Source of the DNA: Bilabrum cf. latius
Taxonomy: Eukaryota
Direction of reading: 5' to 3'
Length of the DNA stretch: 64,000 nt
NCBI GenBank assembly: GCA_965178125.1
Contig: OZ237738.1
Location: 310,001-374,000 of the forward strand
Within the stretch, counting starts at the first letter, position 1. Every line of letters begins with the position of its first letter. The notes beneath the pieces were generated by a model that worked only from the letters and a program-made list of their open reading frames with translations, did no database searches and was not told the DNA's origin. Position numbers and translations under genes: made by a program. Of the stretch, positions 36,517-50,700 are shown piece after piece.

Positions 36517-38584
36517 ATGGCGACCGAAGAGTTTGAGAGGGATATTGGTGTCTCAAAACCCGATGTCTCTTAGATTGCCAGAAAGCACATCGCCCCTGAT
36601 CTGACCTTGGAGTCATTAAAAAAACGCAAGTCCGACCTCCTGCAACCGGGAGCCAAGCTGTCTGTGCCAACACAGGGACAGAGAAACTTGTACAAGCACG
36701 GGAACAAGAAGTATGCGCGTTCACAGGGAGCATCAAGCGAAGCGGAGCAAAGCAGAATGCTTGAAGCAGTCATGCAGTGAGATCAGTGGACTCCAATACG
36801 TATCAATAAAGCTGCAATCGCGCATCAATATCATTTGATTCTATTGTGGTACTTGATACTGCAGTTGGGACCCTAGCAGCGGCCTCGATGGGCTAATCCA
36901 TGGGAAGCCAGCAGCGAGAAATCCGCTCGACAGCATTGTGTCTCTGGCGAAGGGTGGCAATGCAGGTTCTGGAACCCTTGGGGATACTGCAGCGTTTCAT
37001 GCAGCATCTGAAGACCACGGCAAGACTGGTGCTGGCTCTAGCGGCCAAGTAAGCGCCGCACCTGGGTCTGTGCCGCAGGTGCCGGCCCACCTTCGCCACT
37101 TGTTCGACGTGGACCCGTACTCGAGCGACTACACGCCGGGCTCCCTGTCAATTGCAATGGCGGAACATGGTTTACTTGGAGCGGGTGCAAGTATTCCACC
37201 CGGGGGGCGGCATCATGCTGGGCAGTCCTCATCGGCAGCCGCGACTTCAACCTGGCAAGACCGGGGCGCTGCAGCGGAGGGGGGCATGCCTCGATCGCTG
37301 ACGGCAGACGGACTTCTAGGGGGCAAGGCCGAAGGCGCATCCACAGCGGGCAGATTACCAACTTTGCCACAATCTACGCAGCTGCGGGGCGCGGTTACAG
37401 ATGACATGACGCCGCAGCCAAGAGGAGTGCCCGCGCGCTCCATACACGACCCAGCTGGTCGGCAGTACCACAGCGCAGACAGGTCCACTTCGCCTATAGT
37501 TTCCCGTGCAGCCTCAGCCGGGCCTATTCGTCATGCAAAAGGTCAGTCAAAAGGTCAGTATTCTTCGTTTGGCATCAAGCACCCCGGCGACCACCCTCAG
37601 CCTGTGCTCGATGCAGGTGGTAGTGGTAGGGCAATAGGCACCTCGCCCGGAGGATGGCGGTCCAATGCTGGACCTAGAATCGGGCTTGCCACCCCGGGCG
37701 AAGCTGCAGCTCTAGAACCGCTTCACGTGCCCGGATCAGGTACACGGGAAGGTAGACAGGTCTTGACGGGCATGGGAAGCAGGCAAGGTGCGCGAGGGCT
37801 GCTTGGCACCGCAGGCTCCACACGCAGCCGCACTGGCAGCGGGTCGCGAGGTGCTCCGGGACTGGGCCAGCTCCTGGACGCCAATCCTGCCTCGCTCGGG
37901 CCTCCCCTCTCTCAATAGGGGCAGTCCAGATCCGGTACTCGGCTGGGTTCTACGCGAGGCGGGCAAGCTCGGGGGTCTAGGCGGAGGCTCGACGCCCTTG
38001 CTGGCACGGTGTCAAATGCGTATGGCACTGGTCAGGGCGCGGTTGGGCCGGTGGGGCCCCGCAAAATGCAGCAGAGAGCAAGGCAGAGGTAGAAGGCCAG
38101 AAGGGGTGGTCTTCGTGGTCGAGGTCGAGGCAAGGGTAGGAAAGGCCGCGAGAGAGGACAAGGAGGGCTGCAGGATAAGGGAGTATTCGGGGGCGGGCTC
38201 GACGAGAGCGAGTACGTGTATATGCCCGAGTCACGGATGGCGCGAGCCAGGCTACAGGAAGAAGGATTGCTACCTTTGGAGGGCCAGGACAGGCCAGGGG
38301 AAGCATACGAGCCCCCAAGGGACATGGTCACGAGCGGTGATGACACGGCAGACGGCAGGCTTGAGCCGGACCTTCAGCGCACTGCTAGGCAATTCGCTGC
38401 TGGTACAGAGGTTGCTAGGCTGCGAGAAGCGCTACAACTCAGCAGAGACAGCTTAGCTACAAGCAATGCCTTCATTCAATCAACGGCTGGGGAATTCATG
38501 GCGGAGCGGCTGGATGAGCGGCTCAGCCGCCGTCGCCCAGTTAACTAGTCTTAGAGTGTGGCAACTGGCAGCGTGGTTTCATGA
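36517..38584 (+). CDS. Hypothetical low-complexity (G/S/R/A-rich) protein, ~659 aa
   Basis: ATG 36517. Phase-consistent intron 36777-36864. ORFs 36938-37918 and 38216-38548 are in one frame, linked through TAGs. First non-TAG stop is TGA 38582-38584. No recognisable domain. Confidence 0.65.
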
Positions 38585-38723
38585 TCGTGTGCTCTTAACT
38601 TGGGACGTGGTGGCTTATCGAGACGAAAATAATAAGCATACCATTTCTGTTCATCTTCGCATGTTCAAACACCGACGGTGACTGCGATCCGGATTCCGGA
38701 TTCCGGAACCCCACCATGACCAA

Positions 38724-41700
38724 TCAGCTCGCACCACCAGTCGCAGCGCCACCACTGGAGGCAGCTTCACTGCTCTCGGCATGGCCGCCACATTCCCCAG
38801 CAGGCAACTCAAAGGTGTCACAGTGCGCAGCATAGACAGCATCCTTGACGATGCTACAATCAGACTCTTGCAGCCGCTTCAGGCCCAAATTGAACACCAG
38901 CCTGCCGCCCGAGAGCAAGTTCAGCGGCGTCTGGTTGCCCAGGACCTCCATCACGACGCAATAAAGCGTCATGGTCATCTTCGGACTAAACGGTGTAGCC
39001 ACGCTCCTTGAGTCTGGCAGCTCTGCTTCAAGAAGCCAGTCCAACCACGGCGCTGCGATCGGACACATAGCGGCCACGACGGGCGTGAATAGGCCAAGCT
39101 TCTCGAGCAGCTGATACTCAGGACGGCCGTAGTACAGCTGGATCATGAGCCACCAGCTGTGGCGAACTTCAGCAAGTTGAGACCTCACTTGGTGCAGCAA
39201 GTCAGCGCCCGATGGACAAGTCGACTCAGCTGCTCCGGCACCAGAGGCTGCACCGGCCTGCCCTTCCTCATTCTCGCCATCCTTGCACAGCACCATGGCG
39301 AGAAGGGAGAGCGCCATGGGCGCATCCTGAAGCCCCTTTTCAGATGTGTACGACAGCAAACGCTGAACCAGGCTATCTCTGACCTGATCGCGAAACTCGG
39401 CATAGGAGATCCTCTTCTCGCAGACTACAAATCCTAGCGGTTCGCCAGTCTCCTTTCGGTGCTTCTCCCCGGCCTCGTGGGCAGAAATGAACGCATCCAG
39501 GTCATCAACGGCTGGCAAACACGGCAATTGTGCCCAAGCACTATCTTCACTGGCATTGCTCGAAGCCACAGCCTCTCTTGCAACTTCTGCAGCTTCGTTC
39601 AGCAAGAGCACAAGGCCTAGCATGAATGCTACAGAGCAGTCACAGAGCGCGTCCATCTGCCGCAGCCCCTCGGCCAGCAGCGGCACATAACCCAACTCAA
39701 TAGCCTAGCGCAAGTACTTGGACCTTATCGCCTTGGTCGATGCGCTCAGGGTCGCAGTCACCACCGTTACACCCGCCTGCAGCATGCACATCCAAGACGT
39801 GAGTCTTCGGTCTACTCTGGCGACAAAGAGCAAGCACCTCTGCGACAGAAGCAAACTCTACTCCAGGACTTCTTCCTTGGACAAAGTGCCTGCTACAGCG
39901 GTGATAAACTCAGAGAGGGTTGGAATCGTCTCGGCTATGTCCAAAGTGTGGGCACGATGAGCCGCGAGTGCAGTTTCGCCAGCTGCAGTGCCTCTGGCAA
40001 CCCGCGTCAAGTCAGATAGAGCTGCAAGGGATGGAGCCTCCTCGTCAAAAATACCCCTAGCAGGCGATCCAGCTAGATACTGGGACAGGCGAAGCCTGTG
40101 CATTGCAGCGTATGCGATCGGGCCGGAGACTAGCGCTCCAGGCCTGGCTGCAGCGACGCTGCTGTCATCGGTTTCACCCGCATCGCAATTTTGTGACGCA
40201 ACGCATGCGATATGAACGCCTCGCATGCCAGATTCGACATGCTAAAACATGCCAACACAAGTGCAGTCAGTAAGCTAGAACATCTTGCGAAGGAGATCGG
40301 TGCCACGAATCTTTTTCAGGACGTCCCTGTGCTCCCATGCCCCCCAGATAGCCATGCAGGACACATTAATCCAGTCCCGGTAGGCACCGCTGGCTTCTCG
40401 AGTGTGCGTTGCAGTAGTTGTCCACCGGAGGTCTGCCTCCCGAGGGCAAATCAACTCGCGAGGGACCTGATCCAGTGGTACTCCACGGGGCAACATGTCA
40501 GCCAATGACCTCGGTGCTGCTGCTGATGCGGCCTGCCGTTCAAGCCCACCAGTTTTGGGCTCTGTTCCACGAAAATTGTGGCCCCAAGCACGCTCTGAGG
40601 CAAAAATACGGTTTTCTTCGTGCAGCTGCAAGATGCGAGCATGCCTTTCATCGATTTCTCTGCATAAATCGAACTATCCTAGCCCAGCTTGCTGCCCTTC
40701 GCAGCAAGCATCTAGCAAGATCCGTCGAGTGCCAGGATCAGATAGAAACACCGCAATGAAATTCACCTGAGACAATGATACCCTGGCAGGCCAGAACAAG
40801 TCCATCACGCTCGTATCTAGCACAGTCGACCGCGAAATGCACTTGCTGAGGACGGGCACGTTTCCTGTCGCGGTGCGACCATGGGCCGAGTTACAGACCG
40901 CTAAACCATATATGGGAAGCATCGATAGTCTCACCAGAATATCGCTATTTTCAGATATCTGCACATCATGCGTGCGGGCACTTGCGTCCTCTAGGCTAGC
41001 GAAGAGCCCCCTTGGAATCGTTGCAAAGTAGCTCTATGGATCATCGCTGGGGCCGCATCCAATGGCGTACCTTGCAAACTGAACTGCAAAAAACCCAACC
41101 TACTTTGGATCTGACTCGGCCATAGCAAAGTTGTCTCTGATCTGTTCAAGAAGTATGCGTATTTCGGTGTCCGCATCTGCTCCCCCACCATGCGACATGT
41201 CAGGCTTCTCCTTGGTCGCTTGGATCCATCGGTCCGCTGACTCTACGAATTGAGCGATTGCTTTCGCCACTGGCTCCATAGCAAGACCCAGCCTGTCAAT
41301 TTTCTCATCATCCGCCGAATCGACGATTCCGCGAAGCTCAGCAGCCGCCCGTTGTAGGGCGCCCCCACGAGCGTCGTACTCATCCCGCGCAGCCAACGAC
41401 GCCCTGAATGACCCCATGAGCAACCTCAGAAGTCGATACATTCGGGATCGTTCAAATCTGCATTGCATCAAGCTCGTTACAAAATACGCGAGCATATGCC
41501 AATCCGCAAGACCAATAATGGCCGCCTGACCGACAGCGTGTGCCATCTGGTCTGATGTTTCAACGCCAATACCCGGCAAAGCAAGTCTTGAGCAGCCCAT
41601 CGCAGCCAACTGGTAGATTCTCTGTCGGAGCAGCTCCGGCTTTGTGGGTCCCAGGTCAATCTGGTCAAGGAAGGACTCGGACATGTCCACGCCTGGCTTC

Positions 41701-44700
41701 CAGGCTTGAGCAGATCCTTTGAGTACCTCTAGCTTCGCAAGCAGTGGAGCCAGCGCTTCCTACTCGATTTCTGAGTTCTCTAAGACAGCTGCAATGCTCT
41801 CCAACCCAGTGGATACCTGCCCCAGCTGCTCAGCAGTCGAGGCAAGCAGGCGATCCAAATTGGACGATCTCAACGTTTCTAAGGTTGCCAAGCCGGGATC
41901 GGTGCATTCGCCTGCGCCAATGCCCCTGAACGGCATCAAGTCTGTGATGATCCACTAGAATACCTCCGGGTTGCACGAAGGGTGTAGGAGAGTCGCATTC
42001 ATTCTAAACTGGCGGCAGGCATCCGCAGCTGCATCCGGAGAAAGCTCACGGAGCGAGTTGAGATAAGCAGCCGTAATCTTGTGAAGCCGACTCCTGCCAG
42101 GACCGTTGAACGTGTCCGCCCACGCTAGCCTCCGCAACGGAATGCCAATAATCCTCCTGCGGTCAGTTTCAACCCCACTCGTAGTGTATGCGTCGACTAC
42201 AGCCATATACAAAGCCTGGCGCATGATAGGAGGGGCAATAGATCCGAATACAACCGGTCCATCCGTGCTTGTGCTGGAGGATGCACCTTCAGCTGTTGGC
42301 CCTCCAAGAAGCGAGTTCACCTGAATTTCAAGCCACTGCTGGACAGGCAATCCGAGGCAACGCTCTGACACGGTCCCCCAGCGCTCATGCAGAGATACTA
42401 GCTCGTGGCTGCATGCCTCACTTATGCCCCAGCTTAAGGACTCGTCCGACGGCCCTCGTCCGCACCTCGACGAAAACTCTCTCACCGCCGTAGACTCCGG
42501 GGGCAATCCGACTGGCGAATTCAGGAAGAACATCATTAGAGCAAATGCCTGGAAGCTGGGGAGACCCTCGGCCTCACCGAGCATCCACACAGCCTCCGCG
42601 AACTCAGGAGCTGCTAGCCTACACTGTGAGGGCATCTCGCCGCTCTTCATTAGGTCCTTGACCTGGCCAATCATCCTTGCAAGTGGCTTAGATACGGCAC
42701 CGGCAAGCTCCTTTGTCATTGGCAGTGTGGAAGCGCCCAATTTAGCTGTGCTTGCAGAAGACCTGCCTGCGTCGGCAAGCCTTGCGGCTGCCTCGAAAGC
42801 GTGCATGGCTGCCAAGTCCAAAGCACAAGCATCCTTTCCCTGATCACGCACCAGGACCTGAGGCCTCCGACCTGGCTTGAGATGCGGCAATGCCATTGCC
42901 GTGAGCTGCACCGACCGCGATGCCTTGATGCAGTCTTCTACAGTGGCCAGTTCGCCAACCTGAGCACCGATATTGACAGCAATGTGCTGTTTACCAGCCT
43001 CTTTGCTGATGAAGTCTTCAGGGTCCATGAATCCGCCGCAGTCAAACCCGTGCTCCAACAATACCGAATCGATTGCTTCAGCAGGCTCGGGGATGCCAAG
43101 CTCTGTGCCTGCCTCGGCTTCTTGCTCCATCTACTAAAGCTCAGCTTCGGGTAATTCGGGCGCGTACATGCCCATGACCGTGTTAACAGCGTGCTGATGC
43201 ACTAGCTATGTGTTGCGGTAGGCTGCCTCTACTGTTGCTTCAAGACTTGCACACAGGTCCACTTCAGAACCAATGAATGCGGTCAGCGGCCGCATCACGG
43301 GGTCATCTGCGCCGACAGAAACTCCTTCAGGCATGTCAGCGAGGGGGGACTCGCTTGTTCCAAGGTAGCAAATGGCCCGAGACCGAGCTACAGCGGAAAA
43401 TTCCACCATTTGGCTGACGACATGCTGCAGCTGCTGCAAGACAAGGAAACGCACAAGGCTGGGCCTTTCATTGTGAAAAAAATGGGGAGGCGATGCAGAC
43501 ATTGAGACCACTACCGTAGGCCGACCGATCCATCGGACGTGGACACGAATCTCAAGCGGCGACATGAGATTCGCCATTGCTACAGCTATACCACACGTGA
43601 AGTAGCCAGGACCGGTCATGCCCTCACGTGCTTGCAAGCGTGAAGCAAGTCCAGCGAGGGACAAACCAGCCTAAATTCCTTTCATTATACTTCCATGCAC
43701 CTCGATAGATCTCTATAGAAGTGCGTGAGCATGGGATCCCCGACTGACATCTGCTTGGAGCACCTTGCGGTTGGTTGCGGCTGTGGTTCGTCGCTAGGTA
43801 GCCACGATCCACGCTTGCAGAGTCCTCATCGCCTACGCAGCATCCATATCGCCTGCAAAGATCAGAGCGAGTACGCCTCTCAATGGCTCAACACGCTCTA
43901 ACACGCGGGCAAAGCCTCGATGAAGCTATCTCCGATCTGCGTATAGTTCAACTGAATCTGTCAGAGTGATAGAGTCCGCACCTACCTCTGCTAGAGGCGG
44001 AAATCCACCTTCGACTGGGCTATTCGCTGCACAAAGCACCAGTATTACTGCCAGCTTGGCCTCGACTCCTGCGGGCCAGCCACTCTTGTAGAGAGTCACA
44101 GCTATCTGGTGCCGTGGATACTAGTCCAAATCACGAGAGCTTCCTAAAGGACTTGTCTAAAGCGTTAACGCATCGCTGGCCTGAAAATTTAGCTTGCCAG
44201 TCCGACGCAAACCAGATTCCGTGCTTGGGATGTTCCCAGCATCCCAGTGAGGCGGGAGCTTTGCAGCGGTTGAAGTCTAGCTGAACCATCCAGGCCTCAC
44301 CCGAACACTTCCTTTTCCGGCTGCACACCATTGCATCTGGTAGCAGTTGGATGACTACTATGCGCTGCATGCGGCTGATGTTCTAGGCAATGAATCACTC
44401 CACCGATACTACGGCGGGCGGTACGGCTTGTCGGGACCAGTGGAGCCTGCTGGATCTCCCGACAACTGCAGCAACATCCTCTAGCAAACAGGGATAAACT
44501 CGGGAAGCTCCATGCCGCAAACCTAAAGTGATGGAATCCTGCTCCACTCCCTTGCCAGGCTCGCTGGCTCCTCACCATCAGGAGAAGGGTTTTTACCAAG
44601 CCAGACGATACCGCCAGCGTCCTGCACGTCAGCGGGGCCACATGACAGCGCAGCGTCGACAAGGTCAGCGAAAACGGGTGGACTGATCTCATTACTTTGC

Positions 44701-47700
44701 ACCACATGCTGTGAAAAAGACATGATCTAGCCAGAGACGCCTACCGCAAGAGACAATTCTGCAAAATCCATCAGCTGCTCGAACGAGCAGCACTCCAGAG
44801 GAGCCTATGCAAGAAGCTAGCACTCGTCCAGCAAAGTCGAGGCAGCATCTTTGTCTACATCGGTTGAGTCTAGAATTGCCAACAAATACTCAGCAACTCG
44901 AACGCTCGAAGATGCAGCCGGCAAGTCCGCTGGCTCGTCAACCGGAATTTGAAACCGTAAGGTCTTCGAGGCTGCGCCCAGCTTTCCGACTTCAGGAAGT
45001 TGCGAGCTGTTTTGGCCAGAAAGACTGCTCAAGGTACAGCAGGCTCGCATCATAAATGCCTGCGAGGTGTACCCTCGCTTGCCTCGGCCTTCTGCGTCTG
45101 GAGCATTCCATGAACACCCCAACTAGCTCATCCAGTCCACGTACGGTGCTTCGCCGTCCGGCATGCGTTCAACTGGATTCTCCAAACCGTTGATAGGTCC
45201 TTCCGAGGGGTGCACTTGAAAGTACAGACCCGATTGTTTGATCGCTGGGTGCATGAATCCGCTTTTTCGGTCCTCAAACGTACCCCGAAGAACACCGACG
45301 GCGAATCGGCTGATCAGCGTACTTACGCTGATACCAACGACCGCTGAAACTTGCGCAGATTCGACGCCAAAGCTGCTGAAATCCATTGGAGCAACATTGA
45401 GTAGCTGCATGGCAATTTGCCACTCGATCGATTCGTACACGTCTGCACGATGCGCTAGCGTTCGGAGAGCAGCTGCAAATGTTGCGTCTGCTGGCAATTC
45501 TGGGCTTACATCAGAGCCCATCATCGCCGCGAAACCAGCAATCTCAGCCCTGAAGTCTGGTGCTATTTCAGCAGCACTCTCCAAAGAGTCTGCTACGTGC
45601 ATATCACCAGCACCTGCTCCTGATGCTGCTGCCCTCCCACCCCGACCCATTGCACCCGAAAGACGAGCCGACTCAAGCTTGGACGCAGCGTCTGCCTCAG
45701 ATTTGCTGCTACCGCTCAGGCATGCCCGCGCGGATGCCATATTCACTACGCGATATAGCCGTGATTCTAGGGGCACCTGCCTTTCGGCTACGTCAAGTTC
45801 CAGAAGCAGAGAAATGGCCAAGCCAATCGTCTCGGCCTGCTGCTCAGGTATGTACGGTCGATGCATCCGCGCTCGGTATTTAGACGCGTGTTCCTCTGGA
45901 TTCTAGATCGCCACCGAGTTCAGCTGCAAGTCAAGAGCTAGCATCGTCATTGCAAGGGCACTGCGAAGCATGCCAGTCCTGTGGCCCATGGCTTCGCTAG
46001 GTACGACGGCAGTTGGCTTCCTCGACGATTCGTACCTGCTCTTCGCCTCTCTTGCCAGCTGGTCTGCCCTGCTATCATCATCGCCAAGCATTACTGCAGC
46101 GGGGACTCGCACGTCCTTTCCCGCGGGAATGTGAAGGCTCGCATCCCCTCTTGCAGAGCGGCATGCTTCTCTGTAGCTCCTTCGCGCGGCTCGAGCTGCC
46201 ACGAGCAAAGCACTGCAGTGCTGCTAACCGTGAAGCTGCGCACTGTTTAGGCCATCTACAGCAACCCATGATCGCCATGGAGAACCATCGTGTCCTTCTG
46301 TTCGCTCCAAAATGCCTGAAATTGTATCGATGTGCGTCCCAGAGTTGCACACTTGCCCAACACCAAGGCTGCTTGCGTCATTCCAAGTAGACCTGGCATA
46401 CTCCTCCGAGACTGGTGCATCCGCATCGATCTTGCACTTCTCGAGGCCTTCGGCTACAAACACTTCCAAGGGCTGCGCAAGAGCCTCAATTGAGCGCTAG
46501 CACGCAGCAAGGGACGCCGAAGGAGAGGGAGCAAGCAGGCCCATGACCTCAAAGAGGCGGGACTTCATCTCGGACATAATCCAAAGTGGAGGCTGCGAGC
46601 TTGCAGCCATTTCAACGAGCTGAGCACTCGTTGGGCGGCCTGTGGACCATGAAATTGCAATGCTGTCCTAGCTAGTCGATGGGCGTGGAAGGTCAAGGCA
46701 CAAAAAGCCTGTCTCAGCCGCAAACACGTCTTCTCCAACCACGCGGTCGAAGGCGCGCAAGCCAGCGTAGAAGCCATCGTAATGCCTCGCATGCAATTTT
46801 GTACAAGCTTGGAGACATTCTGCTACTTCGGCAACTAGTGCAGCTGCAGTCTCCGTTTCACGAACGCCAAAATATTTCCCGTGAGGCGATGCTGGATAGT
46901 CCTAGGCTCCGCAACGAGCCAGAGTCAAAGCGAGCTCAAGTCGAGAGGAAGCACTCTCAAGGCTACCTCGTCCGTGCAAAGCATCGCAACAGGCTGCTAT
47001 TTCCACTTGCAGCTGTACCTTAGCTTTAATTAGGTCATCATTTATTGTCGGGAAGCATTGGTCCACTTGAATCATCGCGGCCAACCTCAATGGGTGCCTA
47101 GGACCGAGGGTTGCTGTTGCTATGGAGAGAGCGACCAAAGATGCCTACAATGCAGTGTTTAGGGGCACATCATCAGGCTATGGCTCAGCTAGACTCTACG
47201 CCCGTGCAGCAGGAAGCAACGAAAGCATGCCACCTTTGTACAGCTCTTGCATATTGCTGGGGCCACTGGCCTTGGGAATGGACACTGCGCGAAGCCTCGC
47301 TTCCACGTCGTGGGCTGGGAGACACGATAACTCGCCTGGGCATCTGGAAGGCAACCTAGCTTCGGAATCATCAAGCGGTCGTCGAGAAGAGGTGATCTGT
47401 ATACTACGCAGCGCCTCCTGCATCGACAGCGGTTGCCCATGCCTATCGTCCTTCTCCACGTGGGATTGTAACGCAGCGAGAGATGCAGCCGCATGCCGGC
47501 AAGCGTGAATCTCGCCATGCAAACTCAGAGAGAGTCTCAAAGGATCGCTTGCATCGCCTAGTTCAGGCAATAGTGCATCCGAAGATAACATCTTTTCTCG
47601 AGACAAACGAGCGATGCCGCTGTCGTCAAACACAAATGGCGAATTTGCCACGGACTTTCCGAGTGTTCGCTGCAGGCCAGAGAGCCAACTCTACGCCTTT

Positions 47701-50700
47701 AGTCGGCTCTTAAGAAGCGACTCAGAATCGCTGATGGCCTCCGGCTTGTGACGAGCCACCAACGCAATAAACTGAATCCCGGCAGCTCGCACCCACCTCG
47801 AGACGTAGTCCCGATCCTCCATCCGTTGCTACCTTCGCCTCGCCGCGAAACTGTCAGGGCTCTGCTGTGGGGCCACGCACACATTTGAGAATTGGTTGAC
47901 TACTTCGCGTAGCTCTGGGCCGCAAATTTGACCTTCCTTGCGCAAGTATCGCGCCAGCTGCAGCAAGAGCGACACTGTGGTGTGTGGGTTGCTGGACTTT
48001 GGGGGTGCCACATGCAGCAAGGCTTCACGAATAATCCGAACGGCTGTCGGAGTGGCTCCAAGTCTGGCGTACACGTCGGCATGCGCAGCCAGGAAAGCCA
48101 CAGACAGACCACTGTGGTCAGCCGGGACGGCGCTGTGGAGCTTTGACTCGAAGGCGCCCTCACTTTCTGCTAGCGACTCCAGTGCTTGGTTAACACGGGG
48201 GTCTACGACCGTGGATTTTGATGTTTGATGCCCAGGAAACGGAGCACCGCATCGCAAAAGGAGGGGGTTGGCAAGTTGGGCCCCCAGCGGCGTTGAAATC
48301 TGCTCTAGGCTAGTCTAGGTTGCGGCCTCAGGTGCCCGGTCCATCTGCAAATGAAGTGCAATCATGGTGTGGTTAACTTCAGAGGCAAACGTAGACAACG
48401 GAGCACTGCTGAGCAAGCCAGTGCTAGGATATGTCTCATACGTGTGCATGATATCGGCTGCCACTCGCAGGTTGCGTGGATGGTATACCAGGACTGAGCG
48501 ATGCTTCCACGGCTTCATCTCGAATGAGGGTGACAGCTGCTGAGCGCCGTAGTCGGCAAACACGAGATCTGCATCGATACCCAGCTCTTTGCCGCATGGT
48601 GACTCTGCAGCTTCTAGAATTAAAGCAGCAGCTGCTGCCTCTATCGGAATTGCGTCAAATGCCGCTTGCTTGTCAGCGACGACGTCAAGCACGTCCTTTC
48701 CGTTCTTCTTTTCGAGCGCCTTGCGCAGCAGAGGAAAGTAATGGCCGTCAACAAGGTCTAGCGCAGAAAGAGCCTCCAATTGTCTGGGAGTAAGCGACTC
48801 GATAGCACCAGCTTGGACTTCAGACCGCCCAGGGAGGTCTGGAGCCAACGATGGAAGCGGTGGTGCTTCTGGAGAGCCATCGCTGTTCAGCAGCCTGCTG
48901 TTCCCAACGAAGGCAAACCGTAGCACTTCTTGGCGCTGCTGAGAGAGGCAGAATGCATGCAGCAGCCTCTGCCGGTTTTCTGCCACCTAAGCGGGAGAAA
49001 AGGCGACTTGAACCGGCAGGCCGTGCTCGTCCTTCGTCTTTCCTCCTATCTCGCCGGCATGTAGCCTGACGAAGTGGACGTCATTAGAGTTCATTTCCTC
49101 GAGCACTGCGTCCTATTCTGTTGGGTACAAGTAGGACGCCGGTGCTCCTGGCTTTTCTCCAGCAAACATTCCAGCCAGTCCACCCATGCTCCCGACCGGC
49201 ATGCCTCCTGCCTCACGCATGGAAGCCCTGCTCGCTTCCAGTTGTTGCAGGCGCTAAAGAATAGCTGCCGGCGGGGCTGATAGCTGCCCTGAATCTTCAG
49301 ATAGAGGGTGTGGCTTGGCTCCAGGCATGTACTTAGCATCTGGAAGGAACCGTCGAGTCCCGATACGAGCCAGCTGGTTTGAAGCGGTGCGATCCAGGTA
49401 CTGCTAGAGCTCCCTGGAGGGCTCGCAGTCCATCCTACGCAGGATGTCGCGGCAGAGCAAGCGGCCATGGAGAATGGACCGCGGGTCGAATCCAGGCTCC
49501 TGCTCATCCTTGTCCAGGCTACAAACGCTTGATGCCTCCGCCAGATTATGACAGTCATACATGGCAGCAATAGCATGCTTTAGGGTGTGTGACCAGAACT
49601 CGGATGGGGTGATCAGCCCGCCAAGCACCTTCGTGCAAAGCGCTTCGTCGGCAGCAGAATCTAACCCTCGTCCCATGCCCAGCTGCCTGAGCAACTCGGC
49701 TATGCGGCCGCTCGCGCCGGCCTTGCCCGTTGCCTCCCGCGCCAACATATATGAGACGGGACCGAGAGTAGCCGGGTCCCTCTTGTTGTCGTCCAGCTCA
49801 AATAACCAGTACATTGCCTGCATTGCGGCCTCCTCCGATCGCTCCATGATCTGCAGCACTATCTCGTCTGGAACGTCCATACAACCTGCTGGTGACACCG
49901 CGCGCTGCTCGGCCATCAGGTGGTCGACAGCAAACTGTTTGATGCAGCTCTCAGGTGATTGTACCGCAGAAAGGACACTAGGGTGGGGTCCCACTCCCCC
50001 CCACTCATTGATAGGATGCTCGAATGCGAGCGACTTCTCGAGCCTGGCACGCACTCGCAGAACCTCGTCATCCTCCGTCGGTGGATCGCAGGACCCGGCC
50101 CCCGATGCAGCACCACCACCGCTGGTACTGGCACTAGCAGCAGCCACAGACTCCTCGTGGTCGGCTGCGCTACCGCTCACGTCTAAATCACTGCTTTTAG
50201 CCGCGCTGATCTCTTCTTTGAGTCGCGCAAGTAGGCCAGGGTGACGACGCTGAACGGCCTCCCAGGCAGATTCCCGCGTTGCCTTACGCTGCCGGGGGAG
50301 TTTCCAGAACGGCATTCCCCAGGCCTCTCGCATGCCTTCCTGCAGCGCCTTGCGCTTGGCCTCCTCATTCAGGCCCAGCGTCTCCCGAGCAGCCCGCACT
50401 TGCCTCCGCATCTCTGTCCGGGACACCTCGATGCACACCTCGGCCAGCAATTCGGCCACCATGGCACGCAGTATTGTCATTCGCACGTGCGGTTTCACGC
50501 ACTATGAACGAACCAAGCCCATATAGCGGACTGGCAGCCCGAACTTTCGCAGTATGCGAAACACAAAATCGGTGGTGTGGTTGGCAGAGGGCATGGCTTC
50601 GAAGGTGCGGGCTGCCAGGCACACAGCGAGGGTGATGAGGCGCTTCCGACGCGGGGCCAAGCCCTCGTCGAACTTGTCGCACTCTTCATCGTTCTTCTTC

